Source: Bradyrhizobium sp. (GTDB taxonomy: Bacteria > Pseudomonadota > Alphaproteobacteria > Rhizobiales > Xanthobacteraceae). Taken from it: DNA of 64,000 bases. The position numbers and the translations under genes were made by a program. Positions 1 to 10,443 of the stretch are shown one piece after another (the stretch's first letter is position 1; each line of letters starts with the position of its first letter). Location of the stretch: positions 4,705 to 68,704 of the forward strand of contig NZ_DAINNI010000020.1 in assembly GCF_036735945.1 (NCBI RefSeq), given 5' to 3'. Below the pieces are notes generated by a model, which saw nothing but the letters and a program-made list of their open reading frames with translations, searched no databases and was not told the origin of the DNA.

Positions 1-788
1 CCGAGCGCATTCTCCTTCTGCAGCGGCAGCGACAATTCGTCGATGGTGAACGCGGTGTAGAGCGGCATCTGCGACTTGAGGCCGGCCTGGGCATACTGAT
101 TGAGGAACTGCACGCCGGCCGCGCCCGGATAGAACACGAAGATCGACTCGGCCTTGGAGTTCTTCGCCTTGGTGAGTTCGGCGGAGAAGTCGAGCTGGCT
201 CGGCCACACCGTATATTCCTCGCCCACGACCTGACCCTTGAAGGTGCTCTTGACGCCGGCCAGCATGTCCTTGCCGGCGGCGTAGTTCGGGCCGATCAGG
301 AACACCGACTTGACGCCCTTCTGGTTCATGTAGGTGCCGACCGCCTGCGGGGTCTGGTCGTTCTGCCAGGAGGTCGAGAACACGTAGGGCGAACAGAGCT
401 CGCCGGCGAGCTGCGAGGGACCGGCATTGGCCGAGATCAGGAAGGTCTTGGAATCGACCGCGGTCTTCAGCGATGCCAGCAGCACGTTCGACCAGATGTA
501 GCCGACGATGAAATCGACCTTGTCGGACTGAACCAGCTTCTCGGTCTTCTGCTTGCCGACATCCGGCTTCTGGCCGTCGTCCTCGTAGATCACCTCGACC
601 GGCTTGCCGGCGATCTTGCGGCCGAGATGGTCGAGCGCCAGTTCGAACGAGTTTCGCATGTCGTTGCCGATCACAGCGGTCGGGCCGCTGAAGGTCGAGA
701 CAAAGCCGATCTTGATGGTGTCGCCGGCCGATGCGGGCTGCGCCAGCGCCAGAATTGCCGCGCCTGCCAGCCAGAATGCCTTCTTCAT
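1..788 (-). CDS. ABC transporter substrate-binding protein, branched-chain amino acid/aromatic acid type (truncated by window start)
   Basis: Manual minus-strand translation from ATG at 788: MKKAFWLAGAAILALAQPASAGDTIKIGFVSTFSGP...IYEDDGQKPDVG..., i.e. signal peptide and LivJ-like fold. RBS GGAGGGG upstream. Not in the ORF track because its stop lies outside the window. Confidence 0.9.
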   Translation of the reverse strand, partial: MKKAFWLAGAAILALAQPASAGDTIKIGFVSTFSGPTAVIGNDMRNSFELALDHLGRKIAGKPVEVIYEDDGQKPDVGKQKTEKLVQSDKVDFIVGYIWSNVLLASLKTAVDSKTFLISANAGPSQLAGELCSPYVFSTSWQNDQTPQAVGTYMNQKGVKSVFLIGPNYAAGKDMLAGVKSTFKGQVVGEEYTVWPSQLDFSAELTKAKNSKAESIFVFYPGAAGVQFLNQYAQAGLKSQMPLYTAFTIDELSLPLQKENAL

Positions 789-1154
789 AATCACTCCCCT
801 CCTATTTATCGAACCAACCCGGGTCACCCGGGCGACCGGCGCTTCTCTCGCGCGCCTCATTATCAGGTGAGGTATTTTGTGCGCGAAGTCGCCGGTCAGC
901 GGCAAGCATGAACCGGTTTATCCGACTTGGACCTTCGGCTCATACCGCAGCGGCCTGCACCATAATTCGCTCACGGCTTGAATGGCAAGAACTATAGTTC
1001 CGGTTGCCGGGGCAACAATTGTCGCACCGCGGCGGCGGCCGCTCGGACTTTAAGGATTTCGTAAAGCGGCTGGAAGCCGTACCTGATTTGCAACCTCTGC
1101 GGTTCATGACTCGGAAAGCAATCTGCGGTGAACTGCGCCGCAGAGGAGAGAGCC

Positions 1155-1703
1155 ATGCTCGGTTTCCTGTTCGGCTTCAATGCCCGTATCGGCCGCTTGC
1201 ATTTCCTGATGAGCACGATCGCGGTCACCGTCATGATGGTCGCGGTCTTCTTCGCCGCGATCACCTACTCCGTTCAGACCACGCCGAACGGAACGGCCGC
1301 GAGCCCCGCGGCGGGCCCGATCATCGCAGCCGCTCTCCTCTATGCGTGGCTCACGGTCACGCTGCAGTCGATGCGGTTCAGGGACATGGGTTGGGACCCG
1401 GTCTCCATCATACCGGTGTGGTTCGCGGTCGTGATCATCGACGGTCTCTTCGCCGCCGGATTCCCATCCATATCATTGGGCCATGAACGCGGAACGATCT
1501 TCGGCGCGCTCGTCAATCTCCCGCTCATCCTTGCCCTGCTGTTTCATCCCAGCCGCGAGCACGAAGAGAGCCCGTCGCCGCCACTCGACGAGCGGTTTCG
1601 GATGCCCGATCCGCCGCAGCCATCCCGCACGGTGGCGCAACCGCCGCCGGCGCCGCCAGCCTCGCGCCCGGCCCCCGTCGGATTCGGACGCCGCGGGCTC
1701 TAG
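1155..1703 (+). CDS. DUF805 family membrane protein with Pro-rich C-terminal tail
   Basis: MLGFLFGFNARIGRLHF N-terminus, hydrophobic helices, 'MRFRDMGW' motif, tail ending 'FGRRG'. RBS GAGGAG before ATG at 1155. Confidence 0.75.
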   Translation: MLGFLFGFNARIGRLHFLMSTIAVTVMMVAVFFAAITYSVQTTPNGTAASPAAGPIIAAALLYAWLTVTLQSMRFRDMGWDPVSIIPVWFAVVIIDGLFAAGFPSISLGHERGTIFGALVNLPLILALLFHPSREHEESPSPPLDERFRMPDPPQPSRTVAQPPPAPPASRPAPVGFGRRGL

Positions 1704-1858
1704 CGTCAGATCAGATACACTGACGTTAGGCGCTGTTCCTGCGAACGCCGGAACAGCCAATAATAGCGTTTCGCTATCGTGCAATTCGTAGAGGCGTATT
1801 GGATCACCCGGCACGAGTGGCTACATTATCGGTGCATTCATAAACCGGGTCGCACCGC

Positions 1859-3133
1859 ATGACGACAGTGCTGAAGCAGCCTCATCACGTGGTGATCGTC
1901 GGCGCCGGCTTTGGCGGGCTGGAGACCGCTTTCGGCCTCGCCGGTGCGCCGGTCAGCATCACGCTGATCGATCGCCGCAACCATCATTTGTTCCAGCCGC
2001 TGCTCTACCAGGTCGCAACCGCTTCGCTGGCGACGTCGGAAATCGCCTGGCCGGTGCGCTATCTGCTGCGCGACCGCAAGGAGGTGACGACGCTGTTCGC
2101 CAATGTGAACGGCATCGATGCTGCGCAAAAGCGCGTGCGGCTCGAGGACGGCGAGACCCTTGCCTACGACACGCTGGTGCTCGCCACCGGCGCCCGCCAC
2201 GCCTATTTCGGCCATGACGAATGGGAGCCGTTCGCGCCGGGCCTGAAGACGCTGGAGGACGCCACCACGCTGCGGCGGCGCATCCTGGTCGCCTTCGAGC
2301 GCGCCGAGCGCGAGGCCGATCCCGTCAGGCGCGCGGCGCTGCTCACCTTCGTCATCATCGGCGCCGGCCCGACCGGCGTCGAAATGGCCGGCACCATCGC
2401 CGACCTCGCCAAGGACACGCTGCCGCCGGACTTCCGCAACATCGACACCCACAAGACCCGCGTCGTCCTGGTCGAGGCCGGCCCGCGCGTGCTCGCCGGC
2501 TTTCCCGAGGATCTCTCCGCCTATGCGCAGAAGTCGCTGCAGGAACTCGGCGTCGAGGTGGTGCTGAACCAGCCCGTCACCGAATGCGCCATCGATGGCG
2601 TGGTCTATGGCGGCAGGAAGCTGGAGGCCAGGACCATCGTCTGGGCCGCCGGCGTGCGCGCCTCGCGCGCGGCGGAATGGATGAATGCGCCGGCGGATCG
2701 CGCCTATCGCCTGAAGGTCGAGCCGGATCTCACTGTGCCCGGCCACGCGGACGTCTTCGCGATCGGCGACACCGTGACGATCGCAGGCCCCGACGGCAAT
2801 CCGGTGCCGGGCATCGCGCCGGCGGCCAAGCAGCAGGGACGCTACGTCGCGGCGCTGATCAAGGCGCGGCTGAAGGGCGAAACGCTGCCGCCGTTCAAAT
2901 ACAAGCATGCCGGCAGCCTTGCGCAGATCGGCAAGAAGAAAGCGGTGATCGATTTCGGCTGGATGAGGATGCGCGGCCATCTCGCCTGGTGGATCTGGGG
3001 CATCGCCCACATCTACTTCCTGATCGGCCTGCGCAACCGCCTCAGCGTCGCCCTGAGCTGGCTATGGATTCACGCCCGCAACCAGCGCGCCGCACGGCTG
3101 ATCACGCAGGGCTCGAGCAAGGTGACGGGGTAG
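1859..3133 (+). CDS. ndh: Type II NADH dehydrogenase-like NAD(P)/FAD-dependent oxidoreductase
   Basis: Two Rossmann motifs (VIVGAGFGG; IIGAGPTGVE), 'HLFQPLLYQVATA', 'FAIGD', C-terminal 'WGIAHIYFLIG'. Confidence 0.85.
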   Translation: MTTVLKQPHHVVIVGAGFGGLETAFGLAGAPVSITLIDRRNHHLFQPLLYQVATASLATSEIAWPVRYLLRDRKEVTTLFANVNGIDAAQKRVRLEDGETLAYDTLVLATGARHAYFGHDEWEPFAPGLKTLEDATTLRRRILVAFERAEREADPVRRAALLTFVIIGAGPTGVEMAGTIADLAKDTLPPDFRNIDTHKTRVVLVEAGPRVLAGFPEDLSAYAQKSLQELGVEVVLNQPVTECAIDGVVYGGRKLEARTIVWAAGVRASRAAEWMNAPADRAYRLKVEPDLTVPGHADVFAIGDTVTIAGPDGNPVPGIAPAAKQQGRYVAALIKARLKGETLPPFKYKHAGSLAQIGKKKAVIDFGWMRMRGHLAWWIWGIAHIYFLIGLRNRLSVALSWLWIHARNQRAARLITQGSSKVTG

Positions 3134-3139
3134 TCCTCC

Positions 3140-4816
3140 TCACGGCGCGCATTCAAAACTCGCGGCGCGATTGACCGGACCTGATTTGTAGTGCGGCCAT
3201 TTCGGCCACGGGCACAGCGGCAGCGAGCGCGTCACCTCGAATGCCGGCGTTTCGAGCCGCTGCTCGGTCACTTCGAGATCGCCGGGCGCCTTGCCCTTCT
3301 CGACCCAATCGACCAGCACGGCGAGCATGTCGACATTGGCGGGCGCGCCGGAGCCGACATGATCGACGCCCGGCGCCGTGTAAAGGCGAGCGAACTCCGC
3401 CGTCTTCTCCTTGCCGAGCTTGCGCTGCACGTTTTCGAAATAGCGGATGCCGGCATAGGGGCTCTGGGCATAGTCGGCCATGTTCTCGAGAATGACGAGC
3501 CTGCCGCCGCGCGCAGCGAAGCGGCCGAGGTCCGGATTGGTCGAATCCATCAACCGCGACACCTGCAGCAGACGTTCCCTGTGATCGTCGGGCTTGTAGG
3601 TCGTGACGTCGAGCTTGGGGTCGCGCGCGAACACGTACTGAATGCCGCCCGCGCCATAGATCCAGGCGATGCCGTTGTTCGGCGCCGGCGGCTGCGCGGG
3701 CGCCGCCTTGCCGAGCCACCACGCATTCCAGCCGCCGGTCGGCCCGAAGGCCGGGACGTTTTCGCCCGAGACGCCCCATCCCGGATAATCATCGAGCCCG
3801 TTCTCCAGCGCGAAGGAGAACTTGTATGTCCCATGCAGCGTCTTGATCGCCGCGATCTGCGGTTCGGTGAGGCACTGGTCGCCGCTCTGGCCGGCGCCGC
3901 AGCGCAACTCCTCCACCTGGAATTTCGCCTTGCAGCCGACCGGATCGAGAACGAGCAAATCCTCGGCGCCGTCGGCATTGTCGCACGCCTTGAGCACCGC
4001 CTTGGCAACGAGATCGACCTGCGCCGGGCGTATCCAGCCCTCGCCCATGGTAGCGAGGCCCGAGCGCGTCCCGGCATGCTGCAGGCCGACCCAGTTGATG
4101 ACGGGCACGCGGGCGAAGATACCGTCGAAATCATCGGGATAGCGCTGCGCCATCGTCAGCGCCTCGCGGCCGCCTTCGGACGAGCCCATGAAATAGAGCT
4201 TTGCCGGCGGATTGCCGTAGGCGCGCACCATCAGCGCGACGGCGGTATCGCGCACGCGCTTGTAGGAGCGATGCGCGAAATTCTCGAAGGCCTCGTCGTT
4301 CAGCGCGAAGAGCTGCGGCGGTTCGCCCGGCTTGGTCTCGTGGCCGGAATCGGTGCCATAGGTGACGAAGCCGCGCGCCAGCGGCGAAGGCGCGCCGAAC
4401 GGATAGGCCGGCGGCAGGCCGAGCGCGGTGATCAGCACGCCGTTGAAGCCGCCGCCGCCATATTGCAGCGAGCGGCCGTTCCACTCCAGCGGCATGTTGA
4501 CCTGGAACTTGATCGGCGGCGCCTTGGGATCCGACGGCACGATGTGGCCGAGCACCTTGCAGAATTCCGGATTGGCCGGGGTGACGCGCCCCGCCGGCGT
4601 CGGTCCCTTCTCGGCGACCGTAAGCGGGGACGCCGCGACGATTGCGGCGGAATCGATCTTCACGCCATTGTCTGCCGATCCCACAAGGCCGCTGCATGTC
4701 GCCGCGGGATCACCGGTCATCTTCGCGGCCGACGCATCCGCGGCGAAGAAGGAGATCGCAAGCGCCAGCGATGCCAGCCGGACCGACGTGCACCTATGAA
4801 ATTTGAGACGTTGCAT
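3140..4816 (-). CDS. Tannase/feruloyl esterase family alpha/beta hydrolase, exported
   Basis: Signal peptide, 'WNGRSLQYGGGGFNG', 'TDSGH', nucleophile motif GSSEGG, 'AQRYPDDFDGI', 'PGVDH', 'LVDWVEKGKAP', 'PLCPWP'. Confidence 0.88.
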   Translation of the reverse strand: MQRLKFHRCTSVRLASLALAISFFAADASAAKMTGDPAATCSGLVGSADNGVKIDSAAIVAASPLTVAEKGPTPAGRVTPANPEFCKVLGHIVPSDPKAPPIKFQVNMPLEWNGRSLQYGGGGFNGVLITALGLPPAYPFGAPSPLARGFVTYGTDSGHETKPGEPPQLFALNDEAFENFAHRSYKRVRDTAVALMVRAYGNPPAKLYFMGSSEGGREALTMAQRYPDDFDGIFARVPVINWVGLQHAGTRSGLATMGEGWIRPAQVDLVAKAVLKACDNADGAEDLLVLDPVGCKAKFQVEELRCGAGQSGDQCLTEPQIAAIKTLHGTYKFSFALENGLDDYPGWGVSGENVPAFGPTGGWNAWWLGKAAPAQPPAPNNGIAWIYGAGGIQYVFARDPKLDVTTYKPDDHRERLLQVSRLMDSTNPDLGRFAARGGRLVILENMADYAQSPYAGIRYFENVQRKLGKEKTAEFARLYTAPGVDHVGSGAPANVDMLAVLVDWVEKGKAPGDLEVTEQRLETPAFEVTRSLPLCPWPKWPHYKSGPVNRAASFECAP

Positions 4817-4961
4817 CGTTTTCCCCCGCTCGTAGCCGAGTTCTGGCCGGCATTGAGCTTACAATGGTTCAGACTGCGCGGGCGTCAACCGAAATCAATT
4901 CGGGCTGAACCGGCGGCGCACCGTCGTGTCGGCCGGCGTGCCCGAATCGGCTCATAAACCG

Positions 4962-4988
4962 TCATGCCCGAGCTTTTCCCGGGCATGA
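4962..4988. terminator. Hairpin (REP-like remnant or terminator) downstream of the SBP gene
   Basis: TCATGCCCG-N9-CGGGCATGA inverted repeat about 30 nt after the stop at 5018. Confidence 0.4.
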
Positions 4989-5017
4989 GGGTGCCGAAAC
5001 TCGCGGCGGCAGCGGCT

Positions 5018-6232
5018 TCACTTCACCAGCGTGCAGCCGCCCTCCGCAAGCGGACGAAAGGCCCGTTCGGCGGGAATGGTCGAGACCAGTCTGTAATAAT
5101 CGTAGGGATATTTCGACTCGGCCGGCTTCTTCACCTCGAACAGGTACATCGGATGGACGACGCGGCCGTCCTGGCGGATCGCGACGTCGCCGAACAATTT
5201 GTCCTTGCCCTTGAACTTCTTCATCTCGGGCACCGCGTCTTTGGCGTGGTCGCTGCCGGCTGCCGCCACCGCGTTGAGATAGGCCAGCGTGGAGGCATAG
5301 ACGCCGGCCTGGTTGCCGCTCGGCATCTTGCCGTTCATGCCGGGGCGCGCGCCGAAGCGTTTTGCAAACGCGCGGGTATCGTCGTCCATGTCCCAGTAGA
5401 AGGCTTCGAGAAGTTGCAGGCCCTGCGCGACCTTCAATCCCATGCCGTGCACGTCGTTGACGAAGAGCAGGAACGCCACCATGGTCTGGCCGCTCTGCTG
5501 GATGCCGAATTCGTTGGCCTGCTTGACGGCGTTGATGGTGTCGCCGCCGGCATTGGCCAGCCCGATCACCTTGGCCTTGGAGTTCTGCGCCTGCAGCAGG
5601 AAGGAAGCAAAATCGGAAGTGCCAAGCGGATGCTTGCTCGACCCCAGCACCTTGCCGCCGTTCTTCTCGATGTAGTTGGTGGCCTCCGCCTCGATGCCCT
5701 TGCCGAGCGCGTAGTCGACCGTGACGAAATACCAGTCCTTGCCGCCGCGCCCCATCATCGCCGCCGCCGTGGTGTTGCCGGTCGCCCAGGCGTCATTGAC
5801 CCATTGGATCGTATTGGGTGAACAGGCCTTGCCGGTCAGATCGGAACTGGCGGTCGACGACGCCAGGAATGTCATCCGCGAATCCCGCAACAGCGCGTTG
5901 AGCGCGAGGCCTACGGCCGAATTCGGCACGTCGACGATGGCGTCGACGCCCTCGACGTCGAGCCATTTGCGCGCGATCGCCTGCCCGACGTCAGCCTTGT
6001 TCTGGTGATCGGCATAGACGATCTCGACCTTGATGCCCTTGCCGCCGCCGTTGAAATCCTCCGCCGCCATGCGCGCGGCTTCCACCGAGCCCATGCCGTT
6101 GGTGTCCTGGAAGATGCCGGAGATATCGTTGAGCACGCCCACCCGCACGACGTCGTCTGAAATCTCCGCGCGCGCTGCGCCACCCGCCGCGCACGACAAG
6201 GCCAGCGCCAGCCCCAATCCCAAATTCCGCAT
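5018..6232 (-). CDS. ABC transporter substrate-binding protein (branched-chain/aromatic acid family)
   Basis: Signal peptide, 'VRVGVLND', 'ADHQNKAD', 'DVPNSAV', 'DFASFLLQAQ', 'IRQDGRVVHPMYL'. Confidence 0.9.
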   Translation of the reverse strand: MRNLGLGLALALSCAAGGAARAEISDDVVRVGVLNDISGIFQDTNGMGSVEAARMAAEDFNGGGKGIKVEIVYADHQNKADVGQAIARKWLDVEGVDAIVDVPNSAVGLALNALLRDSRMTFLASSTASSDLTGKACSPNTIQWVNDAWATGNTTAAAMMGRGGKDWYFVTVDYALGKGIEAEATNYIEKNGGKVLGSSKHPLGTSDFASFLLQAQNSKAKVIGLANAGGDTINAVKQANEFGIQQSGQTMVAFLLFVNDVHGMGLKVAQGLQLLEAFYWDMDDDTRAFAKRFGARPGMNGKMPSGNQAGVYASTLAYLNAVAAAGSDHAKDAVPEMKKFKGKDKLFGDVAIRQDGRVVHPMYLFEVKKPAESKYPYDYYRLVSTIPAERAFRPLAEGGCTLVK

Positions 6233-6339
6233 TGTTTTCTCCTCCGATGTTGATTGAGCGTTCCCGGACTTTTCGCCGGGTTTGCGATTGGCGCGACGCG
6301 CCGTAGGAACCGCTGATCAGATGCCGGGCCTGGTATCCG

Positions 6340-7551
6340 TCAGGCGGCGGAAATGGAGATCGGGAGGCTGTCCAGACCGCGCAACGTGTTGTTATAGCGG
6401 CGCTTCACCGGCCCGGTGATCTCGATGCTGCCGACCTTGCGGGCGATCGCCGCCATCATCACCTCGCCTTCGAGGCGCGCGACAAGCTGGCCGACGCACA
6501 TGTGAATGCCGGAGCCGTAGCCGACATGGCCCGACGTGCGGCGGGTGATGTCGTAACGATCGGCATATTCCCAGCGGCGCGGATCGCGATTGGCGGCGCC
6601 TAAGAACATCAGGACTTTCTCACCCTCGCCGATCGCATGCCCGCCGAGTTCGACCTCGCGCGTCGTGGTGCGGAAGAAGGTCTGCACCGGGCTTTCGAAG
6701 CGGACCGCTTCCTCGAAGGCATTGCGTGCCAGCGTGGGATCGCTGCGCAGCTTTGCCAGTTGTTCGGGAAAACGCGCGAGGCAATAGACGGCGGCGCCGA
6801 TGCCGTAGACGGTGGTATCGAGCCCGGCCGACAGCAGCGAGCGCACCAGCAGCGGAGCTTCCTCATGGGTGATCTCGCCGGCATCGGCACGGGCATGGAT
6901 GCAGGTGCCGAAGCCGCCGGGGGCGAGGTTCTCGCGCTGGCATTGTTCGGCGACATAGGCCTGATGCGGCGCCGAGCGCTCGATCGCCTCCTGGCGCAAC
7001 TGGTTAGGCGGCCCGAACGCGTTGAACACCAGGCTGGCATAGGGCAGCAGATGCTCGCGCCCCTCCTGCTTCAGCCCGAGCGCATCGGGGAACACCGACA
7101 AGGGATAGGCTTCCGCAAGATCGGCGATGGCATCGAAGCTGCCGCGCGCGAGCAACTCATCGACCTTGGTTTCGGCCAATGCGGTGAAATGAGCGCGCAG
7201 CGGCTTCATGGCGCTGGCCGACAGCACCTGGTTCAGCACCGCGCGCGTCCTTGTGTGGGCCGGCGGGTCCGCCTCCAGGATGATGCTTTGCGGGCGCCAC
7301 GGCTTCTCCTTGGCGAAATCGCTCAGGCCCACCCCGCGGCCCGAGCAGAACGTCAGGGGATCGTGGAGGACGCCGTGCACCTCGGCGTAACGCGCCACGC
7401 CATAGACGCCCCATTTGGCGAGCCACACCACCGGTCCGGCCTCGCGCAGGACCTCGTGGGCCGCATGCATGTCGTCGAAGAACTCGGTCGAGAACGGGTC
7501 GACGTCGAGGCTCGGGACGCCGGCCGGCGCAGCTTGCGTGGTCGCGCTCAT
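6340..7551 (-). CDS. Cytochrome P450, CYP199A subfamily (para-substituted benzoate oxidase/O-demethylase)
   Basis: Heme motif GYGSGIHMCVG, I-helix SAGLDTT, EAVR. Closely resembles R. palustris CYP199A2/A4 as recalled (RGVGLSDF.KEKPWRP.S.ILEADPPAHTR, VFNAFGP). RBS AGGAG before ATG at 7551. Confidence 0.92.
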   Translation of the reverse strand: MSATTQAAPAGVPSLDVDPFSTEFFDDMHAAHEVLREAGPVVWLAKWGVYGVARYAEVHGVLHDPLTFCSGRGVGLSDFAKEKPWRPQSIILEADPPAHTRTRAVLNQVLSASAMKPLRAHFTALAETKVDELLARGSFDAIADLAEAYPLSVFPDALGLKQEGREHLLPYASLVFNAFGPPNQLRQEAIERSAPHQAYVAEQCQRENLAPGGFGTCIHARADAGEITHEEAPLLVRSLLSAGLDTTVYGIGAAVYCLARFPEQLAKLRSDPTLARNAFEEAVRFESPVQTFFRTTTREVELGGHAIGEGEKVLMFLGAANRDPRRWEYADRYDITRRTSGHVGYGSGIHMCVGQLVARLEGEVMMAAIARKVGSIEITGPVKRRYNNTLRGLDSLPISISAA

Positions 7552-7631
7552 GTGGGTCTCCTGCATAATGTTCTTGCAGATCGGCGTGCGCTGTCTCTAT
7601 GTCGTGAAGGCTGGAGCGGCTTCGGAAGAGC

Positions 7632-8162
7632 ATGAGCAGGAACAGACAGGCGCGCGCCCCCCGCGTGGGCACGGCAGGCAGGAGCGGACGCGCCGAACAG
7701 GTGCTCGATCTCGACCGTTACGTCCCGGCGCTCATCACCTTCATCGCCAACAAATTGTCGCGCAGCGCGACCGTGGTCTACCAGAAGCATTTCGCCGTCA
7801 ATGTCACCGAATGGCGAATCCTGTCGCTGCTCGCGATCGAGCCGGAAATCTCGGCGGCCCGCATCTGCCATGTGATCGGCTTCGACAAGGGCCCGGTGAG
7901 CCGAACCCTGGCTGCGATGGAGGAACGCGGGCTGATCAGCATCCGCGCCGACCGGCAGGACGGCCGCACCCATTCGATTTCGCTGACCGCGAGGGGATAC
8001 AGCACCCATGACCAGGTCATCGCGGTGGCGCTCGAACGCGAGCGCCGCCTGCTTTCCTGCCTCAGCAAGGGCGAACGCGAGACGCTGATCGCGCTGCTGT
8101 TGCGGGTGCACGGCAATCTCGATGCCGTGAAGGGCGCCGGCGAAATCGACGATCGGGCCTGA
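7632..8162 (+). CDS. MarR family transcriptional regulator
   Basis: 'YVPALITFIANKLSRSA...NVTEWRIL...DKGPVSR...DGR' winged HTH; divergent from the P450. Confidence 0.88.
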   Translation: MSRNRQARAPRVGTAGRSGRAEQVLDLDRYVPALITFIANKLSRSATVVYQKHFAVNVTEWRILSLLAIEPEISAARICHVIGFDKGPVSRTLAAMEERGLISIRADRQDGRTHSISLTARGYSTHDQVIAVALERERRLLSCLSKGERETLIALLLRVHGNLDAVKGAGEIDDRA

Positions 8163-8501
8163 ACAGTACGCGACGGCCGCAGCGTCTATTCGCACTGCAT
8201 CTGCGCCGACGCGCGTACGACAACGCGCTGCGTCACGACGATCCGATCGCACGGACATCCGTTTCTCCCTGTACGGCCCGGCACTCTCGGTGCTCTTCGC
8301 TCGGCCGCCTTGACGAGAGCACGTTCTCACAAATTAGTTGCTTTGGCAACCTCAATGAGACCTGCGTGTCGGCGCCGACCGGCATGGAACAGAGCGTGCC
8401 GTCGCAAGGCCGCTGAAATGATTATGACTGTCAATTCATGCGACGGCGTGCGAGCAATGGCCGATAGGCCTTCATCGTCCGCGCTTCTCACCATGACGGG
8501 C

Positions 8502-10364
8502 TTATGAGGCGCAGCCGATCCATTTTACCGACGAAACATCATCCAGAACAGCCACCGAGCCCGCGCGCCGCGTCAGCACGGCGCGCTGGTTGATATAGCC
8601 CTTGTCGGTGATCTCGCCGCCATCGACGGAGGCGGGTTCGGCCAATAGCAGCGCGCGCGTGGCGTGCCCCGAGGAATTGCCGCTCTGCGCCTTCAGCTTC
8701 GCAAGACCCTGCGCGATCGCGCCGCGAACTTTTTCGTGCCCGATGACGTCATTCACCTCGGCATTCTCGGGCAGGCCGGCATGGGCCCGGCAGGCCGCCA
8801 CGTTCGGGAATATCAGGAAACGCACCTCGTCGCCGCCATGGCCGGTGACGACGATATCCTGCGCCAGCGGCGCAAGCGCCGCGATGCCGGCGACGCGCAA
8901 GGTGCCGACGCTGACCCAGGTGCCGGAATTGAGCTTGAAATCCTCGGCGACGCGGCCGTCGAAGAACAGGCCGAGTTCGGGACGACCGGGATCGGCAAAG
9001 GTGACGGCGTCGCCGATCAGATAAAAGCCTTCCGCGTCGAACGCCTGCGCGGTCAATTCCGGCGCCTTCCAGTAGCCGGGCGTGACGTTCGGCCCGCGCA
9101 CGCGCACTTCCAGCTTGTCGCCCGACGGCACCAGCTTCAGTTCGGTCCCCGGGATCGGCACGCCGATATTGCCGGAGCGCCTGGCCTGGAAATGGCAGTC
9201 GGTGGCGAGCGGCGACGTCTCGGTCGAGCCCCAGGCCGACACCATGGGCAGCGCGCGGCCTGTGGTCTTGATCGCGAGTTCTTCCAGCGCGTCCCAGAGA
9301 TTCTGCGGCAATGCCGCGCCGGCATAGAAGGCGAACTTTACCTCGCCGAAGAATTTCTGCCGCAGTTCGTCGTCGCTGCGCAGCGCCGCGATCAGCATGT
9401 CAAAGCCGCGCGGCACGTTGAAATACACCGTCGGCATCACGCTGCGCAAATTGGCGAGCGAGGTCGCGAACAGGCCGGGCGCCGGCTTGCCGCCGTCGAC
9501 GTAGAGCGTGCCGCCATTGCGCAGCACCAGGTTGAAATTGTGGTTGGCGCCGAAGGTGTGGCTCCACGGCAGCCAGTCGAGGATCACGAGCTTGTCGCCG
9601 ATATCCTCGAGGAACGTCCAGGTCTGTACCTTGGCCTGCTGGCTCGAAGTCAGCATGCGCTGGGTGTTGATCACGGCCTTCGGTGCACCTGTCGATCCCG
9701 AGGTGAACAGGAATTTTGCGATGGTGTCGGGCATGATCGCGGCGAATGCCTTTTCGACATCGGGTGTTTCCGGAGTCGCAGCGACGGCGCGGAAGGAGAT
9801 CGCGTCGCTGTCGCCCGCATTGCCGCTGACGATAACAGCACCATGCAGCGGCTTGATCGCGGCAAGCGCTGCGGCGAACGGCGCGATGGCGGGAACATAG
9901 ATCGCGCCGGGCCGGAGCAGCCCGATCATGCCCTTGAGCTTGTCGAAATCTTTGGACATCAGCGAATAGGCCGGCGAGATCGCGGCCGAGGGCACGCCGA
10001 CATGCTGGGCGGCCAGCGCGAACAGCGCGTGCTCGACGCTGTTGTCGGAGAGGATCACCAGCGGTCGCTCGGCGCTCAGGCCTTGCGCAAGGATCCAGGC
10101 GGCCGCGCCGCGCACCCGCCGCAGCGCGTCCCGATAGGTAACGGTCGCCCACGGCGCGTCGGCGCCGGCGCGATCGGCGAGGAAGATTCGGTCCGGCGCC
10201 TGCCGCGCCCAATGCTCCAGCCAGTCGCCGATGCAGCGAGCGCTTTCGCGAAGCGGCGTGGTCGATTTCACGATGATGCTGCCGTCGGCGCGGCGATCGG
10301 CGATGATCGCTGGCACCGCGAACAGGCCGGGCGGATTGGCTCCGCTCGATGCGGCGATGGCCAT
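8502..10364 (-). CDS. fcs: Feruloyl-CoA synthetase (acyl-CoA ligase)
   Basis: AMP-binding motif FTSGSTGAPK, 'DWLPWSHTFG', 'WGSTET', 'FDGRVAEDFKL', 'GEITDKGYINQRAVL'. Start at MAIAASS (10364) after an AGGAGG RBS. Confidence 0.9.
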   Translation of the reverse strand: MAIAASSGANPPGLFAVPAIIADRRADGSIIVKSTTPLRESARCIGDWLEHWARQAPDRIFLADRAGADAPWATVTYRDALRRVRGAAAWILAQGLSAERPLVILSDNSVEHALFALAAQHVGVPSAAISPAYSLMSKDFDKLKGMIGLLRPGAIYVPAIAPFAAALAAIKPLHGAVIVSGNAGDSDAISFRAVAATPETPDVEKAFAAIMPDTIAKFLFTSGSTGAPKAVINTQRMLTSSQQAKVQTWTFLEDIGDKLVILDWLPWSHTFGANHNFNLVLRNGGTLYVDGGKPAPGLFATSLANLRSVMPTVYFNVPRGFDMLIAALRSDDELRQKFFGEVKFAFYAGAALPQNLWDALEELAIKTTGRALPMVSAWGSTETSPLATDCHFQARRSGNIGVPIPGTELKLVPSGDKLEVRVRGPNVTPGYWKAPELTAQAFDAEGFYLIGDAVTFADPGRPELGLFFDGRVAEDFKLNSGTWVSVGTLRVAGIAALAPLAQDIVVTGHGGDEVRFLIFPNVAACRAHAGLPENAEVNDVIGHEKVRGAIAQGLAKLKAQSGNSSGHATRALLLAEPASVDGGEITDKGYINQRAVLTRRAGSVAVLDDVSSVKWIGCAS

Positions 10365-10443
10365 GGGTTTCCTCCTGTCCCGATGTTTCGGGATTGCCGC
10401 GCGCAATGCCGGCCCGCAGATCGAAAAGGCTGCTTGCCTGCAA

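Noticed and set aside
3191..4957. Long antisense or alternate-frame ORFs (also 8664-10505, 14179-15633, 26228-27940, 47910-49718, 55961-57262)
   Set aside because: Each overlaps a well-supported gene and has no recognisable domain.
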